DNA from: Muribaculaceae bacterium
GTDB taxonomy: Bacteria; Bacteroidota; Bacteroidia; Bacteroidales; Muribaculaceae
Direction: 5' to 3'
Assembly: GCA_017553785.1 (NCBI GenBank)
Contig: JAFZKD010000121.1
Location: forward strand, 5,958-69,957
Length of the DNA: 64,000 nucleotides
The notes beneath the pieces are model-generated. The model saw nothing but the letters and a program-made list of their open reading frames with translations. It had not been told where the DNA came from and did no database searches. Numbering within the stretch: position 1 is the first letter of the stretch; each line of letters begins with the position of its first letter. Positions 10,401 to 24,135 of the stretch are shown here, in pieces. The position numbers and the translations under genes were made by a program.

Positions 10401-10918
10401 GCAAGGGTGACCTTATTCTTAAACACACACTGGGCATTAAAAGGCTTGCCCTGTCCCCAGCGTGTTGTCAATAGAGGTTCTATAGCAATATCCTGGGTGG
10501 CTGAAGCCGATCTCACATAACCGTTGCCATTCCCGCCACTGGGATTCTGGGTTAACAGGTATTCGATCTGCTCGCTATAAAGGTCGAGTAAATACCTGAA
10601 TCCGTCGGGGATGTCATCCAGGTTTAAGATCCCGTTGCCAAAGGCTAGGATATCCACGATGCTGTTCTCGGCCGAAACGATGACAAACTTGGGATTGGTC
10701 ATATTGCGGTTACGGTAGATGTAATAGACGGCTTGGGAGTCGTCATTATTACTATATACGGTTTTGCTCAATACCACATCAGGGAAACCTCCTCCTGGAT
10801 CCAATCGATTAAAGAAAGACTGCGCTGTGGTTTGGGCCTGTTCGACTGTAATGACATATGCGCTGGCTTGAAAACAAACCGCACATAGCAGTAACGCATT
10901 TAACAGAAGTCGTCTCAT
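7448..10918 (-). CDS. Secreted C10 (streptopain-like) cysteine peptidase with propeptide, tandem Ig-like (ASH-type) repeats and a C-terminal dockerin
   Basis: Signal peptide; PLLTTRWGQ, GCGATAMAQVM (catalytic Cys), GHIFNVDGY, HVNFGW; ~105-aa repeats; terminal duplicated GDxxGDGxVxIADVTxLIDYLL. Confidence 0.88.
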   Translation of the reverse strand: MRRLLLNALLLCAVCFQASAYVITVEQAQTTAQSFFNRLDPGGGFPDVVLSKTVYSNNDDSQAVYYIYRNRNMTNPKFVIVSAENSIVDILAFGNGILNLDDIPDGFRYLLDLYSEQIEYLLTQNPSGGNGNGYVRSASATQDIAIEPLLTTRWGQGKPFNAQCVFKNKVTLADSLCYAGCGATAMAQVMRYWSYPEVSPSLPGHYPECEKYDIPDLPETVFAWDDMNDSYDTSDQAEAVATLMRYAGQAQKMNYGVHSSGSGLRRIVNGLHLLGYDASWIVLNENNKAQWDSLMQNEFDANPPRPIIYSALSEDSGAGHIFNVDGYQEVDGTVYYHVNFGWPGIAAGNDVFCCLGEFAINENAPHYNVSQQMIVGIDPTPRIDVEPSSLSFSGNVGIPTSKTITVKGNDAFRFLGKEVSISSNGDNAEEFTVEPSILSANDIATENGATFNVTYLPTHAGGSTATLILASDALDEQLAVSLTGTATNPNPKVTVDSTQLTFEEFIDYTQERSFVVKGRQLKENLELSISGNASSLYSVSPSVITPAQAESGVMVTVAYSPTWDGTSHHDNAVIHITGESNIDKTVQLYGTSIISETILDISETDLSFNDGHTGYAQTQSFFVTGRIYYSFFDDENETVYETPLRDNVELHLEQVDNSRPFTISPTTITPKQAFKGIMVTVTYLPQEQGESSADIFLTSPHVFEQCVVGLNGKANAEPCFRANTHTLSFDDWHTDYAATQTLMVSAYHINGDVELNLDSPSGQFGISHTSIPDDSAGLGVPVTITYLPVADGLDSATLTVSAPNAESIVINITGNASSVPHIDVDSTALYFEEYTGYTQTKTFNVRGYHINDDVTLSMNANQCFSISPSTISNTDIERGAVVFVNYTPRLKSIGDDYGTISLNSSDSCMATVDLAGQTFISTFTLSTDVEELTFEESVTDTLSFDIICKLIFSFDGHGGDVYSLHTTTDDAGDEQSSKRFGSLYHEELTPVYHFLFSNSYALEVDGENADDFVVNDTVTSYYNPFIYYPATYYPTVLPSRIGSSTSTGATVVFNPQHEGPSVRNAVLHIVPCGFSAKPLTLPLTGHVETQANDILRGDASGDGVVTIADVTALIDYLLSGNATGISLENADVNGDGEVSIADVTILIDYLLTGTWP

Positions 10919-11077
10919 AATTGCAAATGTTTAGATCTTAAAACGATACTTTTTTATTAGCAATTACAAAAATAGAGCGAAATTATGGAATAAACAAGCA
11001 TTTAAATGCGAAATCCCTAAAAACCTATTGTTTTTAGTTAATCTGTGGCCTTGTTTTGACAAGAAAAGGGTAGTGGA

Positions 11078-12178
11078 TTACCTGAGGGAAAGGGCGCGGG
11101 CGTACTCTTGCCACTTGGCGATGAGGGCTGCCATGTCGGCCGGAAGTTCGCTGTCAAAGTCCATCTGCTGGCCAGTCTCGGGATGTACAAAGCCCAGGGT
11201 CTTAGCGTGTAGCGCTTGTCGGGGGCACAGTTCAAAGCAGTTGTGGATAAACTGGGCGTAACTTGACGAGCGGTTTCCGCGCAGGATCTGGTCTCCTCCG
11301 TAGCGGGCATCGTTGAACAGCGGGTGCCCGATGTGTTTCATGTGTACGCGAATCTGGTGGGTGCGCCCCGTTTCTAACTGACACTGCACGACAGCGACAT
11401 GAGCGAGGTTTTCCACGGTGTGCCAGTGGGTGACGGCATGCTTGCCTTGGTCGCCGTCGGGAAAGACTTTCATCAGCACTCGGTCGCGCGGATCCCGGCC
11501 GATGTTACCCGTGACGGTGCCGTCTTCCTGCTTCATCTCGCCCCATACCACTGCGATATACTGTCGCTTGGTGGATTTCTTGAAAAACTGGGCTCCTAGC
11601 GAGGTCTTGGCATTTGGGGTCTTAGCAATGACGAGCAGTCCGCTGGTATCCTTGTCGATGCGGTGAACGAGACCCAGCCGCGGGTCAGTCACATCATAGT
11701 CCGGGTTATCTTTAAAATGCCATGCCAAGGCATTGACCAATGTGCCGTCAAAGTTACCGTGTCCGGGGTGTACCACCATGCCTGCAGGCTTATCGACCAC
11801 CATCAGGCTTGCATCCTCATAGACGATGTTCAAAGGGATATCTTGTGCGACAATTTCGCACTCATAGCGGGGCCTGTCCATCACAACGCTGATGACATCT
11901 CCCGGGTGGACACGGTAATTGCTTTTGACCGGTCGGCCGTTAACGCGGATGCATTGCGCTTCGGCAGCGTTCTGCACCCTGTTGCGGCTGGTGCCCTTGA
12001 TGCGTTCAACCAGGTATTTGTCTATGCGCAGCAACACCTGACCTGGCTCCACCACATAGTGGTAGTGCTCCCAGTAGTCGCGCCCGTCCTCGGTGAAATC
12101 GGGTTCACTGTAGTCATATTGTATCTCGTGGCTGCCCGCTTCGAGTTCGGCATCGAGCAGCTCATCATCCAGCGCCAT
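11078..12178 (-). CDS. rluD: 23S rRNA pseudouridine synthase RluD
   Basis: S4 domain, KPAGMVVHP, HRIDKDTSG, GRTHQIRVH, QALHA. Confidence 0.92.
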   Translation of the reverse strand: MALDDELLDAELEAGSHEIQYDYSEPDFTEDGRDYWEHYHYVVEPGQVLLRIDKYLVERIKGTSRNRVQNAAEAQCIRVNGRPVKSNYRVHPGDVISVVMDRPRYECEIVAQDIPLNIVYEDASLMVVDKPAGMVVHPGHGNFDGTLVNALAWHFKDNPDYDVTDPRLGLVHRIDKDTSGLLVIAKTPNAKTSLGAQFFKKSTKRQYIAVVWGEMKQEDGTVTGNIGRDPRDRVLMKVFPDGDQGKHAVTHWHTVENLAHVAVVQCQLETGRTHQIRVHMKHIGHPLFNDARYGGDQILRGNRSSSYAQFIHNCFELCPRQALHAKTLGFVHPETGQQMDFDSELPADMAALIAKWQEYARALSLR

Positions 12179-12184
12179 GATGGG

Positions 12185-13012
12185 TCAGTTTTTCTTTTTG
12201 TCCTTATCGGAGGATTTCTTGTCTTGTTCTTTTTTCTTGTCTTTGTCCGACTTTTTATCCTTATCCTTATTTGTGTCGCGGTTCTCTTGTGCCGCCTGGT
12301 TTTTGCGCTCTTGCTCGGCGCGGGCTTGAGCTTCCTTCAGTTCCTGCTCATAGGTGTCCTGGGCGTCTTTATAGTTCGCCTCGTCGATGGAGTCCATCAG
12401 TTCGGGATCAATGACTTGTTCAGGGTTGAGATCCACGATAGAGCCGTCGCCCACGATGATCTTGATTTGGCTGTTGACGCTTACTGCCGTGTTGGGTGTC
12501 ACGTTGTGTCCGTCAACTGTCACTTGCAGGATGAGCCCGCCCATCTCGCTGGGTACGCTATCCAAGTCTACATGTTTGAATCCCATTGCTTTGAGCATAG
12601 CCACGCCTTGTCGTCCAGGCAAGTCGATTAGCTTGGGCAACGGAATGATGGGCGCATGCATTGCGTTCACGTTCAGGTAGATAATACGTATTTTCTTGAT
12701 ATAGGATTTGGCTTTGGGATCCTGGTCAATGACTGTTCCGGGTTTGTAGTTCTCATGGAAAGTGGACGAGTCGCTGATTTCCCAACGCAGGCCTGCATCA
12801 TCGAGTATCTCGATGGCTTTCTCCAGTGGCATATTGCGCACATCGGGCACCTGCACCTGCTGGCCATGGGAGGTAAACACGTCGATGAAGAGCAGGGCGA
12901 TATAGCCCAACGCAATCAGCGCAGCCACGATTAATGCGGAGTGAATCAGGATGGGATGACGATCACGAAAACTGTCAAACCCACTCTTATTGTTGTTATT
13001 ATTCTTACTCAC
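12185..13012 (-). CDS. PASTA domain membrane protein
   Basis: N-terminal TM, VPDVRNM...VIDQDP PASTA repeats, charged low-complexity tail; adjacent to rluD. Confidence 0.85.
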   Translation of the reverse strand: MSKNNNNNKSGFDSFRDRHPILIHSALIVAALIALGYIALLFIDVFTSHGQQVQVPDVRNMPLEKAIEILDDAGLRWEISDSSTFHENYKPGTVIDQDPKAKSYIKKIRIIYLNVNAMHAPIIPLPKLIDLPGRQGVAMLKAMGFKHVDLDSVPSEMGGLILQVTVDGHNVTPNTAVSVNSQIKIIVGDGSIVDLNPEQVIDPELMDSIDEANYKDAQDTYEQELKEAQARAEQERKNQAAQENRDTNKDKDKKSDKDKKKEQDKKSSDKDKKKN

Positions 13013-13125
13013 GGTCTATCTCTTATTAATTATAATCTGCAAAATTAATGTAATTTGTCGGCAAACCAAACAAGCATGACCGATTTTTTTCAATTCAAGA
13101 GAAAATGCTATCTTTGCAAGAGATA

Positions 13126-13584
13126 ATGAAAAAGGATTTTGACCATATTGTTGAGCGACTGCTGGAGACGCCTTGCTGGGTAATCGACATGCTGCCGATA
13201 CAGGTGCCGAATGGCAGCAAGGGACAGTTTTTTGCAGTAGAACGCTACTACACTGAGGAGCCGCAGCACAGGAACCTGTGCCGCCGGTTTGCCGACGTGC
13301 TGCTTAAGTTGAACTGTTACCACGGCCTGCACGTGAGCTATGGCGACGAGTGGGTAAAGAATCCCGCTCCCGCGACACTTGTGGAGTGGTTGGCCGACGC
13401 TCTTCAGCACGGTCACCTCTGCCTCTTGATCGACGATGGCGCGGCCCTGATTACCGCCAGCGGTGGCGACACCCATCTCACCCTCTTCAACCCATCACCC
13501 GAACTGCTCGAATTGACCGGGCAACTAGCTATAGCCGCAGGTCTTTTCCTTTGGCAACCGCAAGTGAAACCGCAAAATTGTTGA
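13126..13584 (+). CDS. Hypothetical protein
   Basis: A TATCTTTG promoter box at 13109-13116 overlaps the ORF-track start, so ATG 13126 is preferred. Confidence 0.6.
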   Translation: MKKDFDHIVERLLETPCWVIDMLPIQVPNGSKGQFFAVERYYTEEPQHRNLCRRFADVLLKLNCYHGLHVSYGDEWVKNPAPATLVEWLADALQHGHLCLLIDDGAALITASGGDTHLTLFNPSPELLELTGQLAIAAGLFLWQPQVKPQNC

Positions 13585-13697
13585 CTCCGACCAACATAGA
13601 AACTGCACAATTCAGAGATATCGCATAGAAGATTGTGCAGGTTTGCCAAGTATTTACTATCGTTGCGAAAAATTTCGCAATGGAGTGGGAAAAGATT

Positions 13698-13756
13698 AAC
13701 TGAATCATCTGAGGGCTCTGATGAACGTTCAATCAGACTCTTCAGATGATTCAGTT
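13698..13756. terminator. Long hairpin, probable bidirectional terminator
   Basis: AACTGAATCATCTGA...TCAGATGATTCAGTT; further inverted repeats at 13600-13645 and 13663-13680. Confidence 0.65.
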
Positions 13757-13767
13757 GATTGTTAGGC

Positions 13768-16899
<3,132 letters not shown>

Positions 16900-16925
16900 T
16901 TAATTTCCCGTCCAACAAGCGGTTA

Positions 16926-17690
16926 TTATTGCCTTTGTTCGAGGAAATGTTGGGCCCGGGCTAGATCTTCGGGGGTGTCTATGCCGATGGTTACTGTGGT
17001 GGTGAAGCCCGCCTTGATGGTGTAGCCGTTCTCAAGCCAGCGCAGCTGCTCCAATGACTCGGCAAGTTCCAGAGGCGACTGTGGTAGACGCGTGATTTCG
17101 GCTAGCACGGCGGCGCGGTAGGCATACATCCCCACATGGGTATAATACTGTGTGGAAGTGGGCCATTCTTCACGCTCTTTACCCCTCATAAATGGGATTA
17201 CCGAGCGTGAGAAGTAGCGGGCGCGCATCTTGCTATCCAGCACCACCTTTGGGCTATTGGGATTCTCCAGCTCGCTGTAGGGACGGCTCGGGTCAAACGG
17301 GCGCACCAGTGTGGCGATGTCGGTCGTCGTGTCGTCAAAGCAGGCCATGATGGCGTGCAACTGGTCGGGCTGGATGAAGGGCTCATCGCCCTGGATGTTG
17401 ATGATGACATCCTCATGGCCGCCGTTCTTCACATAAGCCTCCTGACAGCGGTCGGTGCCGCTGCGTTGCTCGGTGCTTGTCATCACCGCCTTTCCACCAA
17501 AAGCCTCAACTGCCTGCATGATGCGGTCATCGTCGGTGGCGACCACTACGCGATCGAGCGCCTTGCTCACCTGGCGGTACACCCGCTCAATCATCGTCAT
17601 GCCCCCCAGCATCGCCAACGGCTTGCCGGGGAACCTCGTCGAAGCATACCTCGCAGGAATAATCCCGATAAAAGTCAATTCCTTGTCCAT
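16926..17690 (-). CDS. kdsB: 3-deoxy-manno-octulosonate cytidylyltransferase
   Basis: IPARYASTRFPGKPLA, NIQGDEP, YFSRS.IP, HVGMYAY, ESLEQLRWLENG, GIDTPEDL. Confidence 0.92.
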   Translation of the reverse strand: MDKELTFIGIIPARYASTRFPGKPLAMLGGMTMIERVYRQVSKALDRVVVATDDDRIMQAVEAFGGKAVMTSTEQRSGTDRCQEAYVKNGGHEDVIINIQGDEPFIQPDQLHAIMACFDDTTTDIATLVRPFDPSRPYSELENPNSPKVVLDSKMRARYFSRSVIPFMRGKEREEWPTSTQYYTHVGMYAYRAAVLAEITRLPQSPLELAESLEQLRWLENGYTIKAGFTTTVTIGIDTPEDLARAQHFLEQRQ

Positions 17691-17706
17691 ATCGATAAAT
17701 GCTTAA

Positions 17707-18345
17707 TCAATAGCCCCAGTTCTCGCCGATGAGGATGACGGTATGGCGATGGGCTGGGAAACTATTACGAGTGAAGTGGATGTAGTTGCAGATGCATTGC
17801 GGGGAGTTGCAGTTGTGGCACACGCCGTCGAGGCGGCAAGGCGTGTCACACCCCAAGCGAGCAGTGTTGATGGGCGCAGCGGTGTTGCGTGCGCGGGCCA
17901 GGGCGGCTTCGATGGTGGGTTCTACCTTGTTCATCCCGATGACGTGGATAACATGCTCAGGACCCCAGGTGATGGCGGCGACACGATTGCCGCGTCCGTC
18001 GATGTTAACGATGACACCGTCCTGTGTAATGGCATTAGCGCTGGTCAGGAAGTAATCCGCATCCATCGTGTCAAGGTAGCACTGACGCTTTTGCTCATCG
18101 GTCTCAGCCTTGTCACGGTCGATGACTTTGTATTCGCCGCTGTCGATGAGTTCACGGGTCAGTCCCATCTCACGAATGGTCTGTGAGCCACCCCAGGTGA
18201 CGCTGCTGCCAGAGGGGATGAGTGACTTGACGAGGGTGATGGCCTCGGTCGCGGTAGCGCAATAGTGCGCATTGAAATGGCGGCGCTCCAATTGCTTGAT
18301 GATGCGCCCGGCCAGGAGATCGTTATGAATTTCGATAGGAGTCAT
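17707..18345 (-). CDS. LUD domain (lactate utilization LutC-like) protein
   Basis: GGSQT, SANAIT.DG..NIDG.GNRVAA, Cys-rich C-terminus. Confidence 0.8.
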   Translation of the reverse strand: MTPIEIHNDLLAGRIIKQLERRHFNAHYCATATEAITLVKSLIPSGSSVTWGGSQTIREMGLTRELIDSGEYKVIDRDKAETDEQKRQCYLDTMDADYFLTSANAITQDGVIVNIDGRGNRVAAITWGPEHVIHVIGMNKVEPTIEAALARARNTAAPINTARLGCDTPCRLDGVCHNCNSPQCICNYIHFTRNSFPAHRHTVILIGENWGY

Positions 18346-18364
18346 ATTAGTTAGGAATTAGGAT

Positions 18365-18853
18365 TTAGGAGTTGATTGGGAGGAATGTGAGGGCGTCGAT
18401 GAGTTTGAGGGAACCCCAGATGACCACGGCATAGCGGATCAGTTTGCCAATGCTCATGGTCACGAGGACAATCCACGGATTTGACCGCACATATCCTAGG
18501 GCTACGCTGATGGCAGTGCCCAAAATGGGAATGAAAGCAAATAATCCCATCCATGCACCTCGATTCTTCATGAAATGCAGGGCGCGATTGAGTTTTTCCT
18601 CGCTCACGCGGGCATATTTCTCTATCCACTCAATCTTTCCCAAATGCCCGATGTAATAGCATGTCATGCCGCCACTAACGTTACCTGCTAGTGCGACGAA
18701 CAGGCTGGTGACGGGGTTCATGTGCAGTGGCCCTACACAGGCAACAACCAGCGCCTCGCTACTGAACGGGACGATGCTGCCGGCGAGGAATGAACCCAGG
18801 AACAGACCCAAGTAACCCCATTGGGCAAAGAATTGGATAAGTGAATCGAGCAT
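18365..18853 (-). CDS. YqaA/DedA (VTT) family membrane protein
   Basis: FLAGSIVPFSSE, GN..GG, GKLIRY. Confidence 0.85.
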   Translation of the reverse strand: MLDSLIQFFAQWGYLGLFLGSFLAGSIVPFSSEALVVACVGPLHMNPVTSLFVALAGNVSGGMTCYYIGHLGKIEWIEKYARVSEEKLNRALHFMKNRGAWMGLFAFIPILGTAISVALGYVRSNPWIVLVTMSIGKLIRYAVVIWGSLKLIDALTFLPINS

Positions 18854-18862
18854 AATAAAACT

Positions 18863-18978
18863 ACGAATTACACGAATTTATCGAATTGTTTGATAGCGCT
18901 ACGCGCTAGAAATCAAAGACTTTTCAAATTATATTTTTTTTGATTTCTCGCCCGTAGGGCGATCAATTGAAACTTCGT
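18863..18978. repeat. REP/REPIN-like multibranch palindromic element
   Basis: CGAATT x3 at 9-bp spacing; hairpins AGCGC-TAC-GCGCT and CGCCC-GTA-GGGCG flank stem AGAAATCAAA/TTTGATTTCT. Confidence 0.6.
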
Positions 18979-18989
18979 AAGCGACTTGA

Positions 18990-20138
<1,149 letters not shown>

Positions 20139-20645
20139 TTAGTCTAAAAGTTTGTGCAAATATACTGATTATCCCGCGCAAATCAAAATGAAAGCTGTCC
20201 AATTCACATTATATAACATGTGTTATAGGCGTGCCTTTATCTTTTCCCATGTGTAAGAGCTGAGTAAGAAGCACTCGCGCCTGTTGCTGCAAAACAACCT
20301 CATGACTCAAAGAGCAGACTATCTTTCTGATGCAAAACTATTGATGACCAAAGCGATTTAAGCTATGAAAAATTGCACGGAGTCGAAGATGGCCAGGTGT
20401 AATTATTTCTTCATCGTAAAAAAGATATTAGTCTTTAGATTCTAGAATGCAAAGTTCATACCTTATATCTTCGTCTCAAAAAAGACATTAATTCTCTTTA
20501 TCCGCAACTTATTTAAAAGATTCTATATAACTTTGTAGCCAATATTGAACTATTACTTAGAGACTCCATTTTTTTGATTATGGTCGTGTTAAGGCCCTCC
20601 CAAACTCATAACACATCATAGACATCAAGTTAAGAATTAACAAAT

Positions 20646-21494
20646 ATGAATCCGAACAATATGAACAGTAAACGAACAAGTTACGTTCACTTGCATCCAT
20701 TTCTGAGATGGGCTGGAGGGAAAAAATGGCTTGTTCGTCGCATAAATGATACGTTGGATATAAATTCTTATTCTTCGTATCACGAACCTTTTGTTGGAGG
20801 GGGGGCGATGCTATTTCATCTTCAACCCAAAAAGGCATATATCTCTGACATGAACGAGCAACTAATGTTAACTTATTTAAATATCAAAGATCATATTGAT
20901 GATGTTATTGCTTTGATAGATGGATATGGGATTGGTGAGGCTGCCTATTATGATGTTCGTAAAATTAGAACTAACAATCCAATAGAAAAAGCTGCTCAAT
21001 TCATATATTTAAATCAGATGTCATATAATGGGATTTACCGTGTGAATTCTGCTGGCGATTATAATGTACCCTGGGGGAAACGTATCAATTATCAATTTGA
21101 CTTTGATAACCTTCGAAAGGTGAGCAAATACTTAAAACATGTTCGTATTGAATCTATGGATTTTGAGGGTTGTCTTAAGCGAATCCGAAAAAATGCTCTT
21201 GTTTTTCTTGATCCTCCTTATACTCACTCCAAAATAGAGAATGGTTTTATTCAGTATAATCAAAAGACTTTTACGCTTGATGATCAAAAGCGTTTGTCTA
21301 TTATGATAGATAAGATCAAATCACGTGGTGCTTTTTATATCCTTACTAATGCTGACCATGTGGTAATTAGAGAAGTTTTCGATAAAGGCGATCGAGTGAT
21401 TCCAATTACTAGAATTAGTGGCATTGGTGGAAAAAATGCTCAAAGAGGGCAATATGAAGAGTGCATTTTTACGAATACTAATATAACATTATAA
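20646..21494 (+). CDS. Dam-family (D12 class) N6-adenine DNA methyltransferase
   Basis: PFLRWAGGK, EPFVGGGA, YNGIYRVN..G.YNVP, FLDPPY; TAACTTTG promoter box at 20528. Confidence 0.92.
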   Translation: MNPNNMNSKRTSYVHLHPFLRWAGGKKWLVRRINDTLDINSYSSYHEPFVGGGAMLFHLQPKKAYISDMNEQLMLTYLNIKDHIDDVIALIDGYGIGEAAYYDVRKIRTNNPIEKAAQFIYLNQMSYNGIYRVNSAGDYNVPWGKRINYQFDFDNLRKVSKYLKHVRIESMDFEGCLKRIRKNALVFLDPPYTHSKIENGFIQYNQKTFTLDDQKRLSIMIDKIKSRGAFYILTNADHVVIREVFDKGDRVIPITRISGIGGKNAQRGQYEECIFTNTNITL

Positions 21495-21499
21495 AAATT

Positions 21500-23854
21500 A
21501 TGGCATTTTTGACACAAGATCAAATAGATCAGATTAAACAAAAAATGTTTGAGCCTGATAGCAGTCTCTTAGGAACAGAATATAGAAGTCGCAAAAGCGA
21601 GTATTACACTTCTTCTGTGCCTAATGCACATCTAGATAATTATTTAGAATTAGGTTATAGTATTGAAAAAGAAGGTAAAACCAAAACTAAAATAAGAAAA
21701 AGAAAACCTGAATCGACATTTTTTGAAGATGAAGTTTGGTGCCAGTTTTATGAATTAGGTTTTCGGATACTAAATAAAGATAACAACTTTGTAATTAAAT
21801 GGGGAGATGGCCAACATGAGCATAAGCAATTAGATATTGTAGCTATTGATGAAAGACAAGAAATTGCATTTGTTGTGGAATGTAAAGCCGCAGATGAGCC
21901 TAATACTAAAGCACCTTCATTCAAAGACACAATAGAAACATTAGGTATTCGAATGGATGGCGTCAGAAAGGCCTTACGTCAAATATATGGCAATAACCTA
22001 AATGTTAGATATATCTTTGCAACTAAAAACTATAGATTTCCAGCTTCAAGTGTTGATATTCAGCGCCTCCATGATATGAAAGTATTTGTGTACAATGACA
22101 ACACTAAAACATATATAAACAGTCTTATAGCTAATTATAGATATTCGGCTATATATCAGTTTTATGGTTTAGTATTAAAAGGAGAACTTATTAACAAAGA
22201 AAGAATACTAATACCTGCAATTAGGGGTAAGATGGGAGGATATACATATTACATGTTTTCTATAGAACCTGCGACATTGTTAAAGACTGGTTTTGTATTA
22301 CATCGTACTCGTTCTAATGACTCAGAATTCCCAACATACCAACGTTTATTAATACCAAAACGACTTAAAGGCATAACCGAATACATAGATGGAGGTGGAT
22401 TCTTTCCTAATTCAATTATTATCAATTTTAATAATTCTAGTAAACATAAAGTACGTTTTGAGCAAAATTCAAAACGGCCTGACTCCTTATCATGCTTTGG
22501 AACTTTAAGTATTCCGAACGCATATGGTATTGCATACATCATTGATGGACAACATCGTGTGTACGGATATGCTGGATCAAAGTATAAAGACAAGAACACT
22601 ATTCCTGTTGTTGCGTTTGATGGAATGGAGCATGCTAAGCAATTGGAAATCTTTATGGATATTAATGAAAATCAAAAAGCTGTTAGTGCTAGTCTTCGAA
22701 TTGACTTAACTATTGACCTTTTGTGGGATTCCGACAGAATGGAAGATAGATTAAAAGCTCTGCGAGCTTCAATAGCTAAAAAGCTATCAAATGATGCAAA
22801 TTCCCCGTTATACAATAAGATTACAGTTGGAGAAGATATTGCTGAACTACAACCAAAACCTTTCACCACAGCTTTATCGATTTCATCTTTGTTGTCAAGA
22901 ATAAGAGGTAATAAATTAACGGATGATTTTGTTAAATACTCTATTTATGATACGAATGAACTTAATAAATCGAAAGCAATGGAAAAATCTCAGAAAGAGA
23001 TAGTTGAATTCCTTGAGTATTGCTATTCATACGTTATAGATAACTATCCTGAGATTTTTAACTCAAAGTTTATAATTTCAAATAGGGGTACATATGCATT
23101 TATTGGTGTTATAGGAAGCGCTCATCAACATTTAATCGATAAGGGTGTATTAAATAAATCTTCTTCAAATTTGGACAGGCAATATGAAATTACAAAGTTC
23201 ATTGAAGTGCTTTGCAATTACTTGCAAAATAAAATAAAGGAGGAGGAAAAAGCATATTTAAAAGAGGTCTATGGTGGAGGTGCAGATGTGAAATGGTTAA
23301 GATTCTATCAGCAAATTATACATAATGAGATTTCTGATTATTGCCCTCCAGAACTTATTGCCTGGCAAGAGATGCAAAACAACACTTTACAAGAAGAGGG
23401 AAGGGCTTATGGTCGAAGTATTGTAAAACAATTGCGGAATGATGTAATTAGCCACCTCAAGGCTTTGTTTGGTGATAAATGGGAATTGGAAATATCACCA
23501 ATAAAACGAGCATGTATCGATAAGGCAGAAAAACAAAAAGAAAAATATTATAAGGAAGTTGGAGATGAAATGGAATTAGACTGGAAAGATGTAATGGATA
23601 TTTCTGAATTTAAGACTATTATTGATAAGTATTGGTCTAAAAGAAACCCGAATATATCTGACTTCAAGACTTTTGAAGAAAAGTACTCATTTAATATTGG
23701 AGAAGGCAATCAAACAAAAGCCGAAAAAATGAAATGGATGTCATACCTTAATTCTTATAAAGATTTATGGAATTCCGATAATAAACGTTTAACAAAAGCT
23801 GAGGTAGATAAACTTAAAGCAATATACAATTTTTTAAATCAGCATAATAGTTAA
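21500..23854 (+). CDS. DGQHR (DndB/ParB-like) domain protein with N-terminal PD-(D/E)xK nuclease-like and C-terminal Swt1/HEPN-like regions
   Basis: FEDEVW...QLDIVAID...VVECK; YQRL..., FPNSIIIN, IIDGQHR, F.DINENQKAV; helical C-terminus LRNDV...FGDKW...IIDKYW. Confidence 0.8.
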   Translation: MAFLTQDQIDQIKQKMFEPDSSLLGTEYRSRKSEYYTSSVPNAHLDNYLELGYSIEKEGKTKTKIRKRKPESTFFEDEVWCQFYELGFRILNKDNNFVIKWGDGQHEHKQLDIVAIDERQEIAFVVECKAADEPNTKAPSFKDTIETLGIRMDGVRKALRQIYGNNLNVRYIFATKNYRFPASSVDIQRLHDMKVFVYNDNTKTYINSLIANYRYSAIYQFYGLVLKGELINKERILIPAIRGKMGGYTYYMFSIEPATLLKTGFVLHRTRSNDSEFPTYQRLLIPKRLKGITEYIDGGGFFPNSIIINFNNSSKHKVRFEQNSKRPDSLSCFGTLSIPNAYGIAYIIDGQHRVYGYAGSKYKDKNTIPVVAFDGMEHAKQLEIFMDINENQKAVSASLRIDLTIDLLWDSDRMEDRLKALRASIAKKLSNDANSPLYNKITVGEDIAELQPKPFTTALSISSLLSRIRGNKLTDDFVKYSIYDTNELNKSKAMEKSQKEIVEFLEYCYSYVIDNYPEIFNSKFIISNRGTYAFIGVIGSAHQHLIDKGVLNKSSSNLDRQYEITKFIEVLCNYLQNKIKEEEKAYLKEVYGGGADVKWLRFYQQIIHNEISDYCPPELIAWQEMQNNTLQEEGRAYGRSIVKQLRNDVISHLKALFGDKWELEISPIKRACIDKAEKQKEKYYKEVGDEMELDWKDVMDISEFKTIIDKYWSKRNPNISDFKTFEEKYSFNIGEGNQTKAEKMKWMSYLNSYKDLWNSDNKRLTKAEVDKLKAIYNFLNQHNS

Positions 23855-24135
23855 GGTGCTTTTATGATGAGTCTTACTTTTCAGAAAGGCAGCACTTACT
23901 TACTATCGTATAGTGAGCATTGCTTGATAGTGAGATAATAAATCAACAACCTCTTTAGTAAAAGATATCAATGATAATTGCAAACTTTTAATAGGGCTTC
24001 ATCTTAATTAAAAGCGCTATTTAACGGCAAGATTATAATTAGAGCAAGCAAAGAATATAATTGAATCAATGAAAATTGAAGATTTAACTATATCTTTGTA
24101 GAATGAAAATTTGTAAGTATAGCGATTTTTACAAT

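Noticed and set aside
20250-20580. Possible gene remnant upstream of the methyltransferase
   Set aside because: Only short broken frames with no identifiable homology.
21500-23854. Dnd phosphorothioation system
   Set aside because: Only a DGQHR domain is present; no dndA/C/D/E or ssp genes nearby.
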